DNA from: a virus
Virus record (IMG/VR): IMGVR_UViG_3300013093_000001
Span: 32,001 to 96,000 of that record
Reading direction: 5' to 3' (one strand)
Length of the DNA: 64,000 bases
Below the pieces are notes generated by a model. The model was not told the origin of the DNA and made no database searches. It saw only the letters and a list, made by a program, of their open reading frames with translations. Positions 59,182-64,000 of the stretch are shown piece after piece; positions within the stretch are counted from its first letter, which is position 1, and the number at the start of each line of letters is the position of its first letter. Position numbers and translations under genes: made by a program.

Positions 59182-59223
59182 TATGGCAGTCCCGGCGACG
59201 GAGGTAGACACCGGGACCGCCAT
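59182..59223. terminator. Stem-loop between the DUF932 gene and the pentamer array
   Basis: TATGGCAGTCCCGG / CCGGGACCGCCATA inverted repeat. Confidence 0.45.
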
Positions 59224-59258
59224 ACCTTATTTTAGTTGTAGGTTGTACTGTTCACCAG

Positions 59259-60326
59259 CTACCCCAACACAGACTCCAACGCCGCCACGAACTTGCGGTC
59301 CGACTCAGCCTGCTCTCCCTTAATTGCTCGCCAGGTGTTGCGCTCGCTACGAGATCCCTGAATTTGACTCAACCAGTGGTCCCAGGTGTTGTTCGTTTGG
59401 ACTGCACCAAAGGCGGTACCTTGCCACGGTGCACATCGGTCGTCGGACGTGTATAAATCCCACCACCTGTCGCGTTTATTCAACGCCACCGTCCTAGCGC
59501 GACCCTCATCCTCTGGTATGGGGATGACAATGTCCAAAACCTTGCCGACCTGCTGCGTTGTGACCTCTCGGTCCAGCAAAGCGTGTAATTCGGACACAAA
59601 CTCCTCGTTGGTGGCTTCCAAAATACCCAGCGCGTCCCGCTCGTCTTGGAAATCAGCAAAGTTGCGGGTGTGTTTGCGCCTAAACAGGACACCAGCCTTG
59701 TTGGCTTCCAGCAGGTTCCACGACAACGTGTTATCGCAGACCGTTGCGTTGATTGTCCTGCCGCTCGTTTGGGAAATCGAACCGTCCATGCTGTCAGCTT
59801 TGAGCAGGTTGGGTCGGTAATCGAAACCCGACTTAGCGTCGTGTAGCGTTTCCGGCAACGAGAACTCAACCCAGGCGCGGCCACCTTTAGCTAGCAGACC
59901 GGCAGACGAGATGCCTAACACTGAACCCGTTAACCGCTCTGCCTGCTGGATTAGGGTTATGCCGTAGGACTGGTGGATCGCGGTCTTGAAAATCCCCAGG
60001 TCGTAGCCGGTGTCGTCCCGCAACACTCCACGACGCGCCGCCTGCGACTCAATAACCTTAACCGCGACACCCTGCGCTGTTATGAAATCAGCTTCGTCAA
60101 CCTCACACGGTTTCAGGTACGCCACCTCAAGTGACTGCGGTAGCCAGTTAAATAGTCGGCGCTGCACGTCGGCGACTGGAATAAAACCCTCGTAATGGTT
60201 ACATTCCATATAGGTACCGTCTTCGTTTTTGCGGAGGTCGTCGCGGCGGTGCCACGCATTCCCCCTTTGCGCGGTCATGCCGATCAATGTGTTGACCTGC
60301 AAGTCCCGCATCGTTTCTTGCGTCAT
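59259..60326 (-). CDS. DUF932 (TIGR03299-like) protein
   Basis: NAWH, SAGLL.KG, S.DGS, VCDNTL, RKHT and GTAFG motifs. Confidence 0.8.
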   Translation of the reverse strand: MTQETMRDLQVNTLIGMTAQRGNAWHRRDDLRKNEDGTYMECNHYEGFIPVADVQRRLFNWLPQSLEVAYLKPCEVDEADFITAQGVAVKVIESQAARRGVLRDDTGYDLGIFKTAIHQSYGITLIQQAERLTGSVLGISSAGLLAKGGRAWVEFSLPETLHDAKSGFDYRPNLLKADSMDGSISQTSGRTINATVCDNTLSWNLLEANKAGVLFRRKHTRNFADFQDERDALGILEATNEEFVSELHALLDREVTTQQVGKVLDIVIPIPEDEGRARTVALNKRDRWWDLYTSDDRCAPWQGTAFGAVQTNNTWDHWLSQIQGSRSERNTWRAIKGEQAESDRKFVAALESVLG

Positions 60327-60657
60327 GCGTTCCCTCTCTTTGTTGTTTTAGTCCCTTGTGGACTAAATTCTGTTAGTAGTCGGGTAAGGGTTCACCGCCG
60401 CAGGCGCAGCCGCTGCTATGCCATGCAGCCCAGGCATGGGCTTTGCCGGGTTTGCCGGGGTTGTTTTCGTCCTCGTACCACTCCATCAGGTGTCCAGCCC
60501 ACGACTGGTATTGGACGGTGGTGTCGGTGGTACCTTGGCGGTCGAATTCGATCTGCCGCTGGTCGTAGCAGTCGATTTCGCTTTGTTCGTATGCGCTGGG
60601 GTCGTAAGACATGTTTACCTCCTGTCCTGTCCGGCCATTTGCCAAACAGCTAAGGTA

Positions 60658-60686
60658 ATAGTATGGGTTTAGCTAGTTGCTCACAA
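60658..60686 (-). promoter_or_regulatory. Promoter TTGTGA-N17-TACTAT
   Basis: Same promoter family; nearest clear promoter upstream of the DUF932, array and RAMP block. Confidence 0.55.
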
Positions 60687-61410
60687 CCTGCTGCGGTTTG
60701 ATGATGAATGGTGCACCAGACAAGCCATGACGTATCCGCGCTGGAGAGCTCGTCTTACTGAGGAAGTCGTGGACTGCGCGGCAACAGCCGTCCCAGGCCC
60801 AGTAGTCGTCAATGAGGACAACGCCGCCTGGGACAACACTATCCCAAAACGCGTCGAGGCAGATCATGGTGGAGTCGTACCAGTCTGCGTCTAGGCGCAA
60901 CACCGCAATCTTTTCTGGTTTCAAACAGGTGGGCAGTGTGTCTTCAAAAAAACCGGGTGTGATGTGTACGCTTTGAGGTTGCGGCGCTCTCGACAGGGTA
61001 TCAACGAAGGTTTTTGCTGACGCGGAGCAGTTATTGCGGTAGTACGGCCCCTCAACGTCACGCTGCCATTCCAGTGCAGATTGTCCGTCAATTTCCTGTG
61101 CTGGCGGCATACCTTGGAAAGAGTCGAAGAAGAAATAGTCGCGCTTAGGACCACATACTTCAATTAGAGCCGCCGACATGCCGCCCTTCCATGTCCCGCA
61201 CTCTATGACCGCGCCGCCTTTGCCTGCCAGATGACTGGCGACGATAGCGATGTTGTCAACGAATTGCAGCAGTGGGATCATGCTGCGGTCGCGGTACTTG
61301 TTATATAGGTGTAGGCCGCGCAACCAGGAACTACTGTAACGCATGGCTCGCTGCGCGGAAAGTTGTTCGGGACGGATTAGTCTCAAATCTAGCTTCGGCA
61401 ACATGGGCAA
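60673..61410 (-). CDS. TylF/MycF-family O-methyltransferase
   Basis: IECGTWKGG, FDSFQGMP, GFFEDTLP, LRLDADWYDST and IDDY. Confidence 0.9.
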   Translation of the reverse strand: MPMLPKLDLRLIRPEQLSAQRAMRYSSSWLRGLHLYNKYRDRSMIPLLQFVDNIAIVASHLAGKGGAVIECGTWKGGMSAALIEVCGPKRDYFFFDSFQGMPPAQEIDGQSALEWQRDVEGPYYRNNCSASAKTFVDTLSRAPQPQSVHITPGFFEDTLPTCLKPEKIAVLRLDADWYDSTMICLDAFWDSVVPGGVVLIDDYWAWDGCCRAVHDFLSKTSSPARIRHGLSGAPFIIKPQQVVSN

Positions 61411-61471
61411 AGTCTACATCCTGCGTCTGATGAACGTGCACCGAAAGCCAGTGCTGTGTGACAATGAGTAA

Positions 61472-61954
61472 ATGGCACGCACACGCAAACCTGGACCGCA
61501 ACCAGATATGAGCGCGGAAGACCGTCACCGCCGCAACACGCGCATCATGGCGTTGTTTGTTGCCGGGAACACGGAGAGCGAAATTGGTCGTGTCGTCAAC
61601 CTGACTGGTGCTCGCGTCCACCAAATCCTCAAAGCGGAACTTAAGAACGCTGCACGTCACCGGCAGTTATTGACTGACCAGGCTCTAGCCATCTACGTCA
61701 CGCGGTTGGAAACCCTGATCCGCGCCGCGTGGCCTGGTGTTGTTCAGCAAGACCCGAAATTCATTGAAATAGCTCGCAGGTTATTGGAGCAGCAGGCCAG
61801 GTTGTACGATCTGGAAGAGGACAGGATGCCAGGACTGCCGCCTATGGCTGAGAATGAATTGTCGGACGACGACGGCCTGGACCCGAGGGATGAGTTAGCG
61901 CAGTACCGTCGCCGCCACCGGACCAGACCGGGTGAAGCTACAGGGACCGAGTAG
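61472..61954 (+). CDS. HTH protein, probable terminase small subunit
   Basis: N-terminal HTH, RLE.L...W motif and DELAQYRRR tail; upstream of terL. Confidence 0.6.
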   Translation: MARTRKPGPQPDMSAEDRHRRNTRIMALFVAGNTESEIGRVVNLTGARVHQILKAELKNAARHRQLLTDQALAIYVTRLETLIRAAWPGVVQQDPKFIEIARRLLEQQARLYDLEEDRMPGLPPMAENELSDDDGLDPRDELAQYRRRHRTRPGEATGTE

Positions 61955-61969
61955 TTGTAGGAGGTCATC

Positions 61970-62212
61970 GTGTTGTTCAAACTGATACCAGTCGGTGTTG
62001 TGAACGCTTTGGAGAATTTCGTCAACAGTGTCATAACGGTAATTGTTGACTCTGTTGAGGACCGGATGCGGATGGTGATGCTGGAGTTCACCGTCGATGA
62101 CCCTAATGCTGGTGGACCCGTTATATGTAGTAAATGCGCCACTAATACCGAGTCGGGTATATGCCCTGACTGTCAGCCTATGGCGCACTCTCGACTCCCT
62201 AACCAGGCATGA
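61970..62212 (+). CDS. Small hypothetical protein with CxxC motifs
   Basis: SD AGGAGG; stop overlaps the terL start. Confidence 0.55.
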   Translation: MLFKLIPVGVVNALENFVNSVITVIVDSVEDRMRMVMLEFTVDDPNAGGPVICSKCATNTESGICPDCQPMAHSRLPNQA

Positions 62213-63828
62213 CTGCCGCGTTTGTTGACGAGGTCATCCCCGCGCAGGGGAGTACCACGCCACGCATTTACACCAAGCCCCTGGATGTCAACTGCACTGG
62301 TCAGGTTGATGACGAGGAGTGCATTTGCGGGTGTGGACTCAACCCTGACACGTCGTGGGGTTTCGACTGCATCGACTTCCTCCTCAATGTGTGTCATTGG
62401 CAGCTTATGCCCTGGCAGGAGTGGTTGTATGTGCACGCTTTGGAGAAGCAGACAGACGGTACGGGTTTCCGCTTCCAAATCCTTGTCATCCTGGTGGCGC
62501 GTCAGAATGGTAAGTCGCGGTGGCTTAAGGGGCTGGGTTTGTGGCGGCTTTTCCTGTCCCGCTACGGGCGGGTTGACGCTCATTGTCCTGGCGCTCGACT
62601 CGCTGTCATCGCTGCTCAGAACCTTGACTATGCGGAGAATATGCTCAAGGAGGTTGTTGACGAAATCCGTGACAACCCGCTGCTGTGCCGTGAGCTGATT
62701 AACCACCGGGTCACCAATGGTAAACACAGGGCTATCCTCACTAACCGCCGTTACTGGCGTGCCGCCACCGCGTCCCGTAAAGGCGCTCGTTCGTTGTCGG
62801 TAGACATAGCCATGTTGGATGAGTTGCGTGAGCATACGACGTGGGATGCGTGGAATGCTATTGTCCCGACGACGACGGTACGCCGATACAGCCAGGTGGT
62901 GTGTACCAGCAACGCGGGAGACAGCCGCAGTGAGGTGTTGAGAGCGGCCAGGGATGGCGCTATGCGCCGCGTGTTGACGGGCGAAACGGAGAACACCAGG
63001 ATCGGGTTGTTTGAGTGGAGTGTTCCTATGGAGGAAGACCCTAAAGACCCGGCGTTTTGGCACATGGCTAACCCGTCTATGGGTTTACTGAATGATTTTT
63101 CGCTGGATGATTTGCGTGGCTATTTGGAGGCAATGGAGTATAGGAACTTGGCTGGCTTTCAAACTGAACACCTGTGTCAGTGGGTTGACTCCCTGCAACC
63201 TGGCATTTTGCCAGCTGAGCATTGGGCTGAAACTATTGACCCCACCAGTCGCAGAGATGAGTCGGCACCTGTTTTCGCGGCATTGGACGTTAACTATGAT
63301 AGGACGAGAAGCTATGTCTGCATCGCAGGCCGTCGCGCTGACGGTAACTTGCACATTGAAATTGCCGTCGCTGCCAGCGGAACTGACTGGGTTGTTGAGT
63401 ACCTTGCGGAACGAAAGAAAAAGTTCAAAGCCGTCGCTGTCCAAAAGACCGGAGCGCCGGTCAGCGGTATGATTGACGACATTAAACGCGCTGGTGTCAA
63501 GGTTGTTGAGTGGGGTCCGAGCAACGAAATTGCTGGGGCCTGCGCCATGCTGTATGACCAGATCACTGAACACCGGATTTTCCACCGGCCAGCCGGAGCC
63601 CTGGACCGAGCAGCTGCTAGCGGCGTGGCGAGGAATGTCAGTGAGGGTTGGGTGTTTGACCGCCGTAACTCCCCCGTCGACGTGTCGCCTTTAATTGCGT
63701 GCGCCGCTGCGGCATGGTTGGAGCATAAAAGGCCGGGAACGCCTACAGTTCATGAGTGGCCTGATGAAGATGTCATTAGGCAGTGGGAAGAAGAAGGCCG
63801 AGGCATGGAGGCGCAATGGAAAACGTGA
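62209..63828 (+). CDS. terL: Terminase large subunit
   Basis: LMPWQ, VARQNGKS (Walker A), MLDELRE (Walker B), TSNAG and ANPS. Confidence 0.93.
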   Translation: MTAAFVDEVIPAQGSTTPRIYTKPLDVNCTGQVDDEECICGCGLNPDTSWGFDCIDFLLNVCHWQLMPWQEWLYVHALEKQTDGTGFRFQILVILVARQNGKSRWLKGLGLWRLFLSRYGRVDAHCPGARLAVIAAQNLDYAENMLKEVVDEIRDNPLLCRELINHRVTNGKHRAILTNRRYWRAATASRKGARSLSVDIAMLDELREHTTWDAWNAIVPTTTVRRYSQVVCTSNAGDSRSEVLRAARDGAMRRVLTGETENTRIGLFEWSVPMEEDPKDPAFWHMANPSMGLLNDFSLDDLRGYLEAMEYRNLAGFQTEHLCQWVDSLQPGILPAEHWAETIDPTSRRDESAPVFAALDVNYDRTRSYVCIAGRRADGNLHIEIAVAASGTDWVVEYLAERKKKFKAVAVQKTGAPVSGMIDDIKRAGVKVVEWGPSNEIAGACAMLYDQITEHRIFHRPAGALDRAAASGVARNVSEGWVFDRRNSPVDVSPLIACAAAAWLEHKRPGTPTVHEWPDEDVIRQWEEEGRGMEAQWKT

Positions 63829-63880
63829 CACCAGAAGAAGAAGGCCGAGGCATGGAGGCGCAATGGAAAACGTGACACCA
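63787..63880 (+). repeat. Perfect 47-bp tandem duplication
   Basis: 63787-63833 is identical to 63834-63880. Confidence 0.9.
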
Positions 63881-64000
63881 ATCGGCAGCGGTGGCCGTAT
63901 TTATGCGGATTCTCGGCCAAAAACCGGAAAAAAGCCGCCTGTTGACGACAGGGAGGCGCAGACCCGTCAAGCGGAGAGCAAATTGTTTGAACGGATTGTC

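Noticed and set aside
58200-59223. Several long Arg/Pro/Ala-rich ORFs over the pentamer array (e.g. 58520-59140 minus, 58200-59093 plus)
   Set aside because: Open frames on both strands arise from a stop-poor repeat; the period is 5, not 3, and no convincing RBS is present.
62173-63063. 296-aa minus-strand ORF
   Set aside because: Antisense to the terminase large subunit, with no motifs.

Overview
The window is part of a mycobacteriophage-like dsDNA actinobacteriophage genome; no integrase, capsid, portal or tape-measure gene is visible here. From left to right: (1) RecT-like and replication-initiator genes; (2) a leftward block with a glycosyltransferase, HNH, minor tail-like protein, two QueC paralogs and a TGT-like gene; (3) a lysis cassette (peptidase, lysin A, lysin B, holin) ending in PAS and PPE genes; (4) a ~23 kb leftward array of small genes including Ku and a pore-less voltage-sensor protein. 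In that array ~43 copies of a covarying double-hairpin element separate the units, and two further families of repeated, apparently structured non-coding RNA sit in gene slots; (5) a repeat-rich, gene-poor zone at ~43.8-46.2 kb that may hold the genome ends; (6) glycosyltransferases, a C5 methylase, an exonuclease, a TylF methyltransferase and the terminases. The most striking locus is 57.3-59.2 kb. A Cas7/RAMP-like gene and a coupled partner gene lie downstream of a ~600 nt array of GGY-NN pentamers cut into 12 segments by GGCAG(G/T)C spacers. The variable dinucleotides read like codons missing the third base, which suggests an RNA-guided system with a gapped code. All calls are by eye from motifs, with no database searches, and repeat boundaries are approximate.
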